Shown piece after piece: positions 12,784 through 27,295 of a stretch of DNA of 64,000 nucleotides. Positions within the stretch are counted from its first letter, which is position 1. Each line of letters begins with the position of its first letter. The position numbers were made by a program, and so were the translations under genes. Below the pieces are notes generated by a model. That model was not told the DNA's origin and made no database searches. It saw nothing but the letters and a program-made list of their open reading frames with translations. This DNA is from Lama glama (Eukaryota), in NCBI GenBank assembly GCA_028534125.1, contig CM052817.1:98272001-98336000 (forward strand), given 5' to 3'.

Positions 12784-15399
12784 AAATAGCTTAAAACACA
12801 ACTGTTGTTCTTTAAGAGCAGCTTGTGCTCCAAATTGATGCTCTCAAGCCAACCAGGAGGAACAGAACATGAAAGAGAGGCAGGGAGGTGTAGAAATTTA
12901 TTTTTCATGCCATTCCAGAAAAACCTCACCTTGTTCCAACCTAGCTGCTCAACACTTTGGTAAGATATGTACATATAACGTGACCTTTGACAAAATTACT
13001 TCCTGCAGTTACTTCTATTTTCCAAATGAGGTAGAGCTGTATAAAGCGATCAACGACTTTTCCCAACCCTCCTGAAGATGGCAGGAACACTGCTCTCTGC
13101 CATTCTGGACAACAAAGATGGGCTGTCACACCAACAGAGGCCCTGAGCCCGTTCCAGGGCCTTTGGCCACTATCCAGTGGGTGAGAAGCCAGATCAGAAA
13201 ATATTTACCGAGAAAATTCACAAAAGGTCAGTCAAGGTAGGGCCTCTGAGGACACTACAAATGACTCTAGGATGGGTCCAAGGAGGCATGTGTGAACTGA
13301 AATATTGAAAGACCTGGCAGGGGTCACACTGTCATCCCTGCCAGTCAACCCCAAGCCCAGAAACTCACGGCCCACACCAGAATGGTCTCCACTCAGACAT
13401 TCTGGCACTCCCGATGGCTGCACACTGAGTCATGGGATGTGGCAAATAGTCCAGCAATTATCATCCTGGCATTGCACAAAGTAAAACTCACGGGGTCGCT
13501 TTTGTTCTGCTTTGTGAGGGCCAAACTGACAAACAACAGAACAAGAGACGGCAGGAAACTATTTTCAAGTTTCTTCACCAAATCCCTTTTTGAAGTCAAT
13601 TAGAAATGTGTGTGGTGGCATAGAGTGTAACTGTTTTTTATAAGTAATAATAAAAAAGGGTAGTGTGTTAAAGAGCTTGTGAACAGGTCTAGTGCTGTTT
13701 AATGATCTGGGATCCTGAAAATGTTCCTGTTCTTTCCTAGAGAATGGCTCTTTTCTAGGGAAAGACCCTCGGCTCTTTTCCTACAGAAGTAAGCATCTCT
13801 TGAAGTGGAGCAGGAACACAAAGAAGGTCGGTGGGAGTAGCAAGAGTCTTTAATTGCGCTGAACTGCTGGCTGACCCGACCCACACTGCATCCTATATCA
13901 GGCTCTCCGAAAGAACCAGTCCTATAGGTAAAGGCACCCAAATGCTCACATTTGCACCCTAGCACCCCCTGAAATCACAATTTTAACTATCACGGTTTAT
14001 AGCACTCTATTTACATAGCATATTTATATAGCATAAAATGTAGCCCTAAATTATTAAAATAAGCTTTCCTTCCTGTGGGGAAGTTGTTCTACAAATACAT
14101 AGCTAGCTGCTAGATATAATAGTTCCATATTATGTATCAGAATATATGATATACAATGTATAAAAATAAAATTTATATATGTAATATTTTCATTTTGTAA
14201 TTTATAAACAACTGGTTGGTGATGGGAAATTTGCATTTTTGTGGACTGGAATTCAAGACCAAGAATATTGACAGAAGCATTTACTTTGTCTATACTGTTT
14301 TTTTTAAGCAAGCAAATTGCTTATGTATCTCTGCCTTGAAAAGAGCTATTTTCAATTACATTTAGGCTAAGATTAGCAAAAGTGAGATTTCTATCTTAAT
14401 CTAGTTGTATCTGGTGAAGAGGAAATTGTGTGGCTTTAATTGACGGTCTCAAGGAAGATAATCTTAAAGCTGGCCAGTAATTTCTTGGCCAATGGACCAA
14501 GGACCTATTCCCATCCCTCAACAGAGTAGACTTTATAAATTTACTTCACTCACTAGATTTTAATTTTTATACTGGAACTATGCATAACATCCTGGCAAAC
14601 AAATGAGCAAAACTCTCCTTTATTGTTGTTTTAAAATTATGGAGGAAAAAGAAATAAAGGAAACTTAATTAATTATCTTAGAATGCTTTGAAAAGCTAAG
14701 AGGCATCCTCCCTGTTACCATGGATATGAGCGTCCTATTTATAATAACAGCCTTTTCAAAGAAACTGAAGCTCATTAAAATCACCAATTACAAAGTAGCA
14801 CTTCTATTGCAATGTCCCATTAAAATTATACAATTTATGTACCCTCAATAGTTCACTCTTAATAGTCTTTAGTAGCAGTTTTTCCCACAATATGTTTTTC
14901 ATGTGTCATTTTTAAACGATTAATATTTTAGTATATTTTTAAACAAAATACAGATTCTGTTCATTACAGTTCTGTTGGAGAAAACATAATTGTTTAACTG
15001 TTCAAAATGTGTTTGTATTTTTACACATACTGTGGTCATGGAACATAGGTGAAAAATCTGTCATTAAAAAGTTACTTGTAGCTAATATTTTTTGAGTGCG
15101 CACTAGGTTTCTTTTTGGTGATTTGCATGTATTAACTAATTTGTATTTTGGAATGGAAATTTGCTTGGCAGCTTCAACTGAGACTGAAATAAGCAAACCA
15201 CATTTTGACTCTATAGAAACATAGAATCTATTGTTTAAATATTCCATCCAGAAAAAGGGAGAAAAAGTAAAGGGAAGTCCTGAGATGTTTTTCACTAGGT
15301 TAATATGTTTCTGGTTCACCTTAAGATTCACTTTGTAAGGTTAAAAAAAGTAGTTTACCAGGAAGTAGAATAATGAAGGTGGCTAAAAATTATTAGTTT

Positions 15400-15605
15400 T
15401 TTTTTTTATCAGACAGTATGCTATGTTACCTAAATACCTTACATTTTTCAACCCACCAAATATCCTTTTCAAGATTTTTATTTTGCTGATATGGAAACTG
15501 TAAGATATGCTGAGAAAAGTTAATAACTTGTCCCAACACACGTAACTGATAGTGATGGAGGCGAGATTGAGCCCAGACTGCTCTATTGTTCTACTCCAGG
15601 AGCCA
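15400..15605 (-). mobile_element. MIR SINE
   Basis: attttgctgatatggaaactg…gttaataacttgtcccaacacacgtaact matches the antisense MIR core. Confidence 0.65.
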
Positions 15606-16174
15606 AGATTTCAACTGAATTATTTTGATTTTTATTATTTTTATTTATATTTATTATTTTTATTACTATAGTTAAACTATATACCTTCTTTTATAGATAA
15701 CCTCGTATATATGTATCTTCATACATATCATATATATCTTAATATATATAAAATTTAGTTAGCACACATACATTTTTTGTTTGTTCTTTAGCCTCTCTGT
15801 AATGAGTCTTAGGGAACAGCACAGGAACACAATGAAAACATGATAGTCTATGATAGTCTAAAACTTATGTCTTTAGGCTCCATGGCAAAAAAATGTAAGC
15901 CCAGATCACTCTAAGCCCAAGAAATTCCTCAAGACTTAAAAATGACACATCTTGTGAGGTTTCCTCCTCTAGAGTGCATAAATTATGGTTTTATTTTTGA
16001 CCATTGAAAATACAACAGTGGATACCTAGAGCTTTCCCAAAGAAACCTCCCACACTAGCATTCCAACATCTTCTTTAGGTGGGTGTACACTGACTACATT
16101 TACAGCCATATATTGATCTGCCTTAGTGTTGGTGATAAGCAACAGTATCTCTGTAATACAGGCCCACGTTTCTA

Positions 16175-16602
16175 TACACTTACTCAAAAGTATTTACTGA
16201 GCATCTGTGATGTGCCAGACAGTGTGCAAGGGACTATAGATGCAAAGATGAGAAAGAAATGGCTCCCACTTTAGGCAGAGTTCAAAGCAGAATTTGGGAG
16301 GCAGATAAGCATAGATCTAAATTATATTGTGCTAGGTGTTTTCAACATATCTGAACAAAGAGTCACGGGCACTCAGGGGATAGAGTGATTACAAAAACAT
16401 TAATGTTTCATGCCATGGTGCCACTGGATTTAGTTAAGGTGTGTGAAGGGGATTTTCTGCACGAGGGAACCTGTGCTGAGGCAGGCCCAGGGAAAGTTAA
16501 GAAGTTCAAAGTGCCAGGGAGGTAGGTAAGCAGCGGGTGATGGGGTGGAAAGAAAGGTGTTGGGGCCAGAATATGAAGGAGCTTGAATTTCATTCTCAAA
16601 GC
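16175..16602 (-). mobile_element. L2 LINE 3' region (continues ~16830-17000 after an insertion)
   Basis: aagtatttactgagcatctgtgatgtgccagacagtgtgcaagggactatagatgcaaagatg is an antisense L2 3' end. Confidence 0.7.
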
Positions 16603-16828
16603 CACTGCTTTCTAAAATCTTTTACTGTGCACCTATACTAAGCATGAATCCCCCAGTATACACACATTTATCTATGTATAGGCGAATTTTTGTATTTCAT
16701 AAAACACACATGAAGTACAAATCTCAAAAGTACTGCATGAAAATAACATCAAATAGGGCTCCTGAGATTTTCTTTTCCCACCCCCATGGATCCTTCTTTG
16801 CTTCTGCACTCCATTTTAGAAGCAACTT
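16603..16828. mobile_element. hAT-type MITE nested in L2
   Basis: Imperfect terminal inverted repeats: cactgctttctaaaat … attttagaagcaactt. Confidence 0.5.
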
Positions 16829-19800
16829 CTTTAGGCAATGAAAATTCAAGAGACTGGAAAAACCCATCAGCTTTGCTTTTTTAAGAGACTAACTTAGGGA
16901 GATGTGTGGAGAAAGGACTGAAGGAGATCAGGTGGAGCCAACAGCAACGGTGCAGGGGAGCTGGTAGGAACCAGGGTTAAACCTGAAGCAGGAACAGAGG
17001 CTGTGACTGAACAGATCCCTGCGGGGGTGTGGGAGGGGTGTGGGAGGGGACGTGGCAGTGACAGGACCAGGCTGAGGTTCCAATGATCCACCTGCCAGGG
17101 CTACTCAGAACCGTATACACACAGTTTCTAGGGGGACTCTTCTCCTGAACGCTTTATATCAACACCATGTTAAAGAAAGAAAAAGAAATGAAATAGAACT
17201 AAAAAATAAAGAGAAGTATACGAACAATTCTATGAGCTCTATGTGGGTAGTGAATAGGTGGGTGCTTACTGCATTAGTTATTTTAGTTTTCTGTGTTTGG
17301 GAAATATTTTAAAACAAAAATAAAAATTTAGCTTATTTACATGCTTACATTTTTAAATCAACTTCATTATCTAACAGAGAATTTTGATACCTATCCTATG
17401 ATTATTAAACATTAAATTCTCCTTACAGAAATGAAGCAGTTTTTTTGAATTCAGTGAAGTGTTGACATGTGAGAATTTCTTACCTTAAAATGACTAAACA
17501 TTTCATACATCTGCAGATAGGTGCAAAATTGCTATCAACTTCCCTCTTCTGATACAAAATTAATGAGTGTTCAGTGAAGCCATAACAGAATTTTCCTCTA
17601 GGCATGTTATAAAAACATTTCTAGTCCTGGTATGAGTGCAAAGTCTTGCCTGAAATCCAATGATTTAAAGTATGCACATTTTTTGAAGCTGATGAATGTC
17701 ACACAAAGTAATTCTTTTGATGTTTCTCATATTTTAAATCCCTATCCTTCCTTATCAAGTCCTATCTTATAATGAATGTTTTCCTAAGGGAGGTTTGAGG
17801 AACAATTAATGATTAAATTCAGAACATTCTCATTTCATCTGACTACTTAAGGATAGGAGCTCCAATAAATCCTGCATATCACTAAAGCACTCAATCAATA
17901 CTACTGTGTCTTCTTCATAAAGGATGATTTTGTCCAAAAAGGATACCTACAATTATTTCAGGAGTAAGGGAATTGCTTTCACGATGATCGTTTTTCTATG
18001 TTATATAATAATGCTGGGGTCTGAGTTGCAGTCTCTGATTCATGGTGTATTCATTTTAGTCTCAATATAAGGGAAAAGCAGTGTTGGAAAGTGAGGTGTG
18101 AGCCTATTAAAAGTGCACAGACAGAGTCACAGATTCATGAAATAAATAATCATTGATGCACTTCGAGTTGATTCATTATGCTCCTTATGATAAAAATTTA
18201 ATATTTTCATGTTATCTTTTGTCTCTTCTGTTTTAAAAGACCCCATGAGAGCTTTCTATATTTGGAGATACTTCTAAATTATGTAATTAATTCTTGTCAC
18301 TAATCTTTATAAATGAAAAAATAACAATCCAAAAATACCAATAAACTGAGGACTGCTAACATCAGTAGTTCTAAGAATTTTACTTTCACATTTATGGAAT
18401 AACAATCAGAGGTTCAAATGTAAAATTTAACAAAATAGATAGAAAATGTTAATGGACTCCTACAGGACAACAAGTCACAGGGAAAAACTGCAAATATCAG
18501 AAATATTAAAACAGATCTTCCGTTTTGAAAATTCATGGAGGAAATTATTTGCATCAAATCTAATAAAATACATTTTATAATATGGATTCAACCAAATGTA
18601 TGTTTTCTTTTATAATTCTTATTTTCCACTTATATTCCATAGTATTTGTATCTGATTGAATATAAATTCATTTTACACAACTTCTAAAAATGTCAGTTAT
18701 GTTGGAAAAAGAAATGGATACTTTGATTAAAATGCCATATGCCACATTTTCATCTTATTTACAAATGCATGTGGAAAAGGACAGCCTTGAACACTTGAAG
18801 TTTTGAGATCACCTAGAAAAATTATATTGCAGGCTTTGGTTTGTGAAGGAAGCTCAATCACCGTTTCTTGCTCATCATTCTTTGTAATTGATGACACCAC
18901 CATATGAAAGGGAGTCTACCATAAACTGTGGAATCTTGGCCAAGACATAATTTCCTTAAACCTCAGTTCACTACTCTGCAAAGTGAAAAAAGAATAAGTC
19001 TATCTATATCTATCTCTCTGCCTATTACTTGACTCAGTATTATTGGAATGGTCACCGTGCTCAGGCAGTTTTATAATGCTTTGTGTACAACCACGTAACA
19101 CCTGCAAATATTCACAAGGAAGACGGCAGGGGCTTGAGGTCTGTCCTTGCTAGAACACTACATGGCTGTTACTCTGCTTTGTGGATCCTCAGTTTTCAGA
19201 ACAGCCAGAGTACTTTTCTAACTCTCACAATCTAACAGCAACGTTCATCCTACACCTATTCGCATATTGTAAATGAGCCAGGGGGAAAAAAGTCAGGAAA
19301 GGGACTAATGCTAGCATTTCCATTCTGGGATGTGCAGGATTATAGGTAAAGCAGTGGTTAGTTGTGAAAGGATAGCTTCTCACAGACTCATCTATTCCTG
19401 AGTCAGAGAGCTGGGCAGCAAGATTGCTGGACTGGGTAAAAGCCTGCTAGTAGAGTTAGTTTAGAAGCCTACTAATCAGATGGTTTGGTGGGTATGACCC
19501 ATGAAGCAGCGGTTAACATTAGCACAAGGCAGATTTTTCTTCATTCAGGGACGAAAACACAGGAAATACAATCAGTCTCTTTCTCTCCCCTTAGCCTCCT
19601 TCCCTCTCCCTCTCTCACACTTCCTCAACTCCCTCTTTCTCTCTCTCTACCAATATGGACTTAAAAGCAAATAGTGCAGAGCCGAAGTGACCCTGAAGAC
19701 TCAGGAATAACATGTTCCTGACAAATTACTGTGGCAGTGTTCAAAATAAAATTGAAGCAGGAGCCAAGCCCTCATCCATTTGTTTAAATAAGTTTCTTGA

Positions 19801-19832
19801 GTACCTTATATGTGCCTGGCATTTTCATAAGG

Positions 19833-19972
19833 CATCGTTTCTCAATCCCTGGTATGCACTAGACTCACCTGGGGGGTCTGAAAAAATTAATGGTGCCTGG
19901 GCTCCCCCCCAGACTGCATGTGAATGTGCCGCCTGGGTGATTCTAAGGTGCCACTGAAGCTGAGAATCACTC
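19833..19972. mobile_element. MER5A-like hAT-Charlie element nested in L2 (L2 ~19770-20460, minus)
   Basis: tttctcaatccctgg…tagactcacctggggg…tgcctgggctccccccaga…ggtgattcta…gctgagaatcact matches the MER5A pattern. Confidence 0.7.
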
Positions 19973-20474
19973 GGCTACAGGGGGGGGGAGAAAACTGTGA
20001 ACATGTGGACAAGATTCCAGCCATCACGGAGCCAGAGTCCCCAAGGTAAGAGCGGGGTCATAAGCAAGGAGAAACATAATTTTAGCTAGTGATGAAAACC
20101 GTGATGAAAGCAAAACAGCTTGGCGTTCTTGAGAGAGAGACTGGAGGGGCTGGGGCAGGACATTTTTGATTGGGTAGTTAGGGAGACAAAAAAAAAAAAA
20201 AAAGGTGACATCCAAACTGAGACAGATCAGAAGGCTCTCCAGGCCATGATAAGTATTCAGGATTTTAAAAATTTAATCAGAAGGTGTGACAGATTAGGCA
20301 TGGGAGTGGGAAGATCTGATTACAGTTATAGACCGTGTTGACTTTGTGTGGAAAACAGACTGTCAGGTGAGCAAGGAAAGATTATTAAGAGACTTTAACT
20401 GGTCCATACTAGAAATTATGTGACTTGAACCAGAATGGGGAAAATGGAGAGAGATCAAGGAATGTCTCAACACT

Positions 20475-20570
20475 GCAGAAATGCTGATAACTGGGGAAGG
20501 TGGGCAGTGAGGTTCACTGGGCTACTCCCTCTTTTTTTGTGTATGTTGAAAACTTCCAGGAATAAAAAGT
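20475..20570 (+). mobile_element. L1ME 3' terminal fragment
   Basis: gaggttcactgggctactccctctttttttgtgtatgttgaaaacttccaggaataaaaagt resembles an L1ME 3' end with AATAAA. Confidence 0.55.
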
Positions 20571-22691
20571 AGTCTAATAACATAAGATAAATGAAGTATT
20601 GCTATACCCTTTTGAGGGACAAGTCTGACCCAAGAATTCCATATGCTTTCTAACTTTATGATGGGAACAGACTTTCACAGGTTTGTGAGGACTTTAATCA
20701 TTTTCGAAATCTTTTAGACAGACTTTAACAGATGGAGTAATCAAAACTTAAACTTAATCATGGAACATTGTGCAAAATAGGTTTTTCCTTAACCAGCTTG
20801 GAGCCCAAACTCAAGGGTCCTGTTGGATTATGTGTTGTCAGAGTATCTATGTGGCCTGCTTGAACTTTGTCCTTAGCAGTGTTCTTGCTTTTGTTGCTTT
20901 CTCTGTCTCAGGAAATGTGTTTCTTGCGCCATATCACTGAACTCACAGTTTAGATGGGATTTCTTGCCAGGGTGATGACTGCTAAGAGCTTCTCAGACTC
21001 TCCCTAACACTTGGGTCTCGGTGCTTCTTTCCATGACCGTGGGTTCTTATCACAGTCAGAACAGAACCACTGTGGTGCACTCACATTCCAGTGGGACTGG
21101 GCACACTGCAGCTCCTTGTTCTGGGACATGTTGGTTCCACTGGAATTGATCTAACTTGAAGATATTTCTGGGTGTTGCCTCAATCTGTTAGCTTAAGTCC
21201 ACTGGAATTTAATTTAGCAATTTTCAAATGTGACTAATAGGAAACGTAATTCACTCTCTCACGGTGGACACCTTTGATGGATGTATCTTTGTTTTTGGTA
21301 CATAAAACCTTCTAGACTCAGAGCCCACAATCTAATATTAAAGTTTTACAGTTGAGTCATCCCCTCTCTGCTACAGGAGAGAGACACATTTTACTGTCTC
21401 CTCTCTAGTGATGCACCCATTAGGCTGTTCCAAGTTGCTGGATGTATATATGTTCAGATGCCAAATGCTACAAAAAGCTTTCCCTATTCCCCTTTTCACT
21501 TTGTTTTTCATTGAAGACACTTTGAATTTGCAAAAATAGAAACTTGAAGACTGTGGGAGTATATGAATGGTAATTGGGGTTTGCGGGATGAGTGAGGGTT
21601 GTTACCTTCCTACACACACTCGAATCTAGCAAAAGCAATTGATGGGTTGTTATCTTCTAGAACTTCTTTAAATGGCTGAACTACTTGCACAGTTGGATGC
21701 TCTATTAGGAGCATTACTAATTTTTTTTTCCTTGACCATAAGCAGAGGAACACAGAAAAACAGACTGGCTATTCTTTATAGAGGATTGTGATTGATGCTC
21801 TTCTACGTCCGTTAGATTCATGTTGAATGACCCAAGTCCCGCAATTGTTCAATCAAGAAAGATTACTAAACTCCCCCAAGCCAACAGTATTTTTCCATCA
21901 TTTTCTCTTTATCATTTTTCATTTAGACATGAGAATATTCCAAAGTTAACCATGACAAAAAATCAATACATATAGATGTGTTTAATTTTATCTATACAGT
22001 AAGTGAAATGTCTTATAATTCACTATACAATTAATGAAATACATAAAAATATTAACAGATTATTTTGGAAAGTAGATATTCTACTACTTTTTAAAAATGT
22101 ACTTTTTGTTTGTAATTTCTCAATTTTTCCTAATGAGCATGTATTATTTTTATAATCAGAAAAACTGATTTTAAAGTTCATATGTATATGTATAATTTTT
22201 ATATACCCTGTCATTACAATTATGTATTTTAAGAAGCAAAACTTTAGGAACTACAGCAAAAAGTAAGTGGTAGTTATCTCTTGGTGGTCTAATTTATAGT
22301 TGATCTTAAGCACACTATACATACTTGTTGAGTAAATGAATAATGAATAAAAGTTTTCTTTATCCTTTCTAATTGTAAACAGTTTTTGGTAATAAGCAAA
22401 TGCTGCATTCTTTTTAAGGAAAAAAGCAATAAAAATGCAACATTGGTCATTGGTGTTGGCCCATAAGAACTAATTGTGCACGCCCCTCGCCAAAAGATTT
22501 TATTAATTACTACCACATAAAATTGCAAATAAAACATTATATCTATTTACAGTATTCAATAATTACCATCCAAATAATTGTGTCTGAGTGTTGGCCTTGT
22601 TTTTGAATTATTATTTGAAGCTTTTATTCTGATCTACTTCTTTTACAGGTTATATGTTTAATATCCTATATTACTTTAAATATTTTTAAAC

Positions 22692-22910
22692 CATGGCTGA
22701 AAAGTCAAAACACTCTGGTTTCATGTCACAACTCTACCACTGTCTAGCTATGCATTTTAGATATGCTGCCGCCTCTCTGTGATTCAGTGTTTTTATGGCA
22801 CATGGCCCATCGGGTTTCTTATGAGAATTAAATAAGATTACTTAAATAAATTCAGGTAAATCATTTAGAACAATTCTTTGCACATAGCAAGCATTCAATA
22901 CATGTGAAAT
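22692..22910 (+). mobile_element. MIR SINE
   Basis: ctctaccactgtctagctatg…cctctctgtgattcagt…tatgagaattaaataaga…catttagaaca…gcacatagcaagcattcaata. Confidence 0.7.
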
Positions 22911-25559
22911 GTAATTATTTGGCTTTATGTTTCCAAATAATATAGTAACTGAAGCACAGTTCTGGTTCACTAATCAGATGTTGATTTGCTTTGACTTTAA
23001 AGAATTCGGATTAATCTCAAACGTAAAGCCAGAAACCAAAATCACAATACCAGGTTATTCTTAAACAGTGAGCATGTATTAAAGAACACACCTGGGTGCA
23101 TTCTACAGTGTGGAAGAATTATTTTACTACTGACATACATAGGTTGTACATTATGTAAGCAATTCTTTAAAAAGACAGAAATAGTTCTTGACTTCTGCCC
23201 ATACCTATGACAGTGTGTAGTGATGTTTTGCAAATAATTAGGCACCAGTGTCTACTATAAAATTCCTTTCCCACCCATCTCTTCTATATTTTTTCCTCTT
23301 CTGCTTTTAAATTTTACTCTTAAAATCTCTAACAGGAGCCCAGTAGACAGTCAGCTGGAGAGTAATACACATAATCATGAAAAGCACAAATGTTTGATGG
23401 CACCGAAACACCAAATTTAATTTAGCAATTTTTTAGTTCAGAGGTCCTCAGAGTCCACGTGTATATTGACTAGGAAGAAATCTACTCAATATTCAACCTG
23501 CTCTGTGATTCTTTTGTTTCTCTATGCTGCAGGTTCTTGTTACATAGTACCACAGCATGAACTTCAGAACACTTTTTGAATAAAGGAATATATAAATAAA
23601 GTTTTGAACATTTCTTTTAAATAAGATCAGTTGGAATCATTCACTTTTTGCATAGATATCTGTCAGACTTACTCTGAAAAAATGAGAGCAAGACATATCA
23701 CCAATAAAATGGACAGTATGAAGGGTGATGTGAATATTTAAAAACGTATGTGTGGTAGTCATGGTCACTGAGTCCTCCCCATGTGTGAATAAAGGAATTA
23801 CAGTTAAAATTGTTGGAGGACTTCTATTATTTGCAACATGACACAAAGATCATTTTTCAAAAATAAAGTTATGTGTTTTGTATGAACAACTGTCAATGTA
23901 TTTATTAAATAACTCCAGTATCCTGGTGTTTGCACAACAAATGAAATCTGGGAGCCTCTACATTTAAAAAAATTCATCACTCACTATTTTCCCACAATAG
24001 GCAAACAATTAAAAGCTAAATAATCTTATTCATTGGTTGACTTTAAGTCTAAAGTATCTCTATTTATATAGAAATATCTATGCTACAAATTGTAAAGGCT
24101 TTAAGGAGGAAAGACAGCTATAGTTTTAGTAGTCCACAATTTATATACTTGTTTAAACTAAGGTTAACTTTAAAGGCATTTAAAATGTTCAATGCCCTCC
24201 AGGGTAATCTAATTTAACAGGTTATTTTATTCTAATATTATATAATCAAAATAGGATTCGGGCAGACTATATTTGAACCGAGATTAACATAATGACATAC
24301 CTTTAATAGAAAGTCTTATCAGCTCCCTACAATTATCAAATGTTCTAATTTAACTGACAGTCAAACAATACAGAGGACAATTATAAAAATTCCAAAGTAT
24401 TGTGAAAACATTTTTACTTCATTATACTGCAAGCTTGGGGAGAAAAGTCATCATTCTCTCCTGGTGATATTAACTGATTTCAGCTTTAAATAAAATTTAC
24501 ATGTAATAAGGATCAGTTTTTATTTTATATGAAGTTTCATGATGAAGTACTATTTCCTACCATTTAACATAAGTAGTTGGAAAAGGAAAGGGATTAAGCT
24601 TAAAACAGTCACACAAAGCAATATTTAAAGGACCAAAAATGCGTGGTCCAAGCTAAAAAGGTTGGAGCCCAGTGTGTCTGCCGGCCATGAGAGCCGGGAC
24701 TCTTTTGCAGGGTCCGGCTGCCTCAGCTCCAGGCCTTTGCCTCACCTCCACTCCCAAGATAGAGCAAAGAGGAGAATGAGTAGTATTTCTTTGTTTTTGC
24801 TTCAGAAAATATTCAAAGGACAAAATGAGAAGCGAATTTTAAAGACTGAAAAAAACAAAGAGAGAAAAAAAAAAAGACTGGTACAAAGACAGGGATAGTG
24901 GTGCTTACTTCGTCCAGAAAAACTAGTTTTCATAAAAAGCCAGTATGGTTTAGGAAGCATGTGTGTTTGTGGTGGGCAGGCAGTGGCGGGGGAGGTAATG
25001 GGCCTGAGGAGACTCTGAGCTTGAATCGTCGTCATCACAATTGATAGCTAAGATTACGACCTTGAGCAAACTACTTAGCCTCTGTGTCCTGAGAGCCTCA
25101 ATTCAAATGATTCTTTTTTAATACCTGCTGACTCTCCATAATGTAAGGGAATTGGGCAAAATGACATGGTTGCATCCCTTCCAGAGCTTCCATATTCTAG
25201 TTACAGGTAGTTTTACAAATTACTGGAAGAAAATGTGGTAAAATAATAAAAAGTGGTTATATGAAAGAAAGTGAACTCTTAGTCATATCTTCCTTTTTTT
25301 ACAATTTTACAAAATTTCTAAAAACCATCTTCATATTAAGTTTATACATTAAAAATATCAATGTATAAGTACACTATAGCTGATCACTACATAACGGAGC
25401 AGTGCATACTCCTTAGTAAACAGGTGTACTGTTTTTAATTATTGTCACTTTAGAAGGGCTGGTTACACATATTATGCATGTTTTAGTTGAGGGGACTCTC
25501 TTCCTGTGAGCAGGAAATGACTTTAGAAGCATGTTCACAGTTCTCCAAAGATGTTCAAA

Positions 25560-25845
25560 GTGTCTGCACCACGGCCCAGGCTCCTCTCTCCTGCAAAGCC
25601 CTTTCTCTGCCCTGCCTCTCAGGACTGCTTAGCAGAGCAACTGACAACTCAGTATGAGCTTGTTTTACATCAGTCACCACTTCACATCGTCTATGGTAGT
25701 TAATCATGTACGTGTATCATTTCCCCCAGCCTAAATCATAAACACACAAGAGGGAAGCTGTTTTATTTACTTTTGAATCTTCCTCATATTTATCACAGAG
25801 CATTGAACACAAGACACTCTATAAAGATTGTGGAGTGACTGAATA
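25560..25845 (+). mobile_element. L2 LINE 3' end
   Basis: Ends …tatcacagagcattgaacacaagacactctataaagattgtggagtgactgaat, a degenerate L2 terminus. Confidence 0.5.
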
Positions 25846-26695
25846 TGTTCTTATTACCTTGAATTTTTGCCTCCGTTATGGTTAAATTATATTTTATTAA
25901 ATTAAAAATGTTAAATATTAAAGAACCAGGTCATACTATATTACTGCCATATGACATTACAGTAATCTTTGAAGGAATCCGTAGAATAAACAAAAGTAAT
26001 TTTAATATATAAAAGTTGAAAAAATGGCTTAAATGTTGTAGTAATGCTTCACATATACATTCATAAAACAATAGTGCATAAATGCTTACTACGTGCTGAA
26101 GACTCTTCGTGTGGAAATAAGAAATATGTTCTCAAAAGCTTATAGAACTACCAAAGAAAGAGATAGTCCAAATATACATTTTCACATTTCTGAAGGTCTA
26201 CAGTTTTAAATACAAAATTATTTTTAGACGGTTTTGAAAAATAAATTATAAAATGGTTTCATTCGTTTCTACCGTTTTTAGAAATGCTATATTTTATCTT
26301 GATGTGACAAATACTCTTTTCACTATAGTTAACACAGTAAAACAAAAATAAATGATATAAAGATAACATATGAAGAGCAATGTAAAAACAGACAAAACTT
26401 TTGATTTTTAAATTAAAGAATATATCATATACATGGAAGTTTAAGATGACAATTTTCAAGTCCCTAATCTCTTTTATTACTATTAAACAAGAAATGTATA
26501 GTAAAATGTGTAGAATATGTAGAAAAATTAGAAAATTCAGCCACACCAAAATATTTGAAGTCCACTGGATTCACACAATGTAGAGATTAAAATTTATATA
26601 TTATTACATTAATTTCATGCAACTATGTGAATATAGTAAATGTCATGCTATTCTGCAATATTTTTTCACTAAAGGTATATCTTCAGTATATCTCA

Positions 26696-27295
26696 TCCAA
26701 TGTTCACAGCAGCACTATTTATAATAGCCAAGACATGGAAGCAACCTGAATGTCCATTGACAGATGACTGGATAAAGATGTGGTATATATATATATATAT
26801 ATATATATAGACAATGTAATACTACTCAGCCATAAAAAAGAACAAAATAATGCCATTTGCAGCAACATGGATGGACCTAGAGATTATCATTTTAAGTGAA
26901 GTAAGCCAGAAAGAAAAAGAAAATACCATATGATATCACCTATATGTAGAATCTAAAAAAAAAATAACTAAAATGACACAAATGAACTTATATACAAAAT
27001 AGAAACAGATTCACAGACATAGAAAACAAACTTAATATTACCATGGGGGAAGGGGAAGGTGGAGGGATAAATTGGGAGTTTGGGATTTGCAGATACTAAC
27101 TACTATACTTAAAATAGATAAACAGCAAGGTCCTACTATATAGCACAAAGAACTATATTCAATACCTTGTAATAGCCTATAATAAAAAAGAATATGAAAA
27201 GGAATATATATATATGTATGTATAACTGAATCATTATGCTGTACATCAGAAATTAGCACAACATTGTAAACCAACTATATTTCAATTAAAAAATT
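26696..27295 (+). mobile_element. 5'-truncated cetartiodactyl-type L1 (ORF2 end + 3'UTR), inserted in an older L1ME relic
   Basis: aatgttcacagcagcactattt…atggatggacctagagattatc…ggagggataaattgggagtttgggattt…caactatatttcaattaaaaaa. Low divergence, with an internal (TA)n at ~26784-26808. Confidence 0.9.

Noticed and set aside
20880..20915. Strong-looking + strand splice acceptor (ttcttgcttttgttgctttctctgtctcag) for an antisense exon
   Set aside because: I found no convincing paired donor or ORF. It cannot be supported without transcript data.
21206..23432. Exact 19-mer aatttaatttagcaatttt at 21206-21224 and 23414-23432
   Set aside because: Low-complexity and AT-rich, with no single element between the copies that would make them a TSD. 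Probably coincidence.
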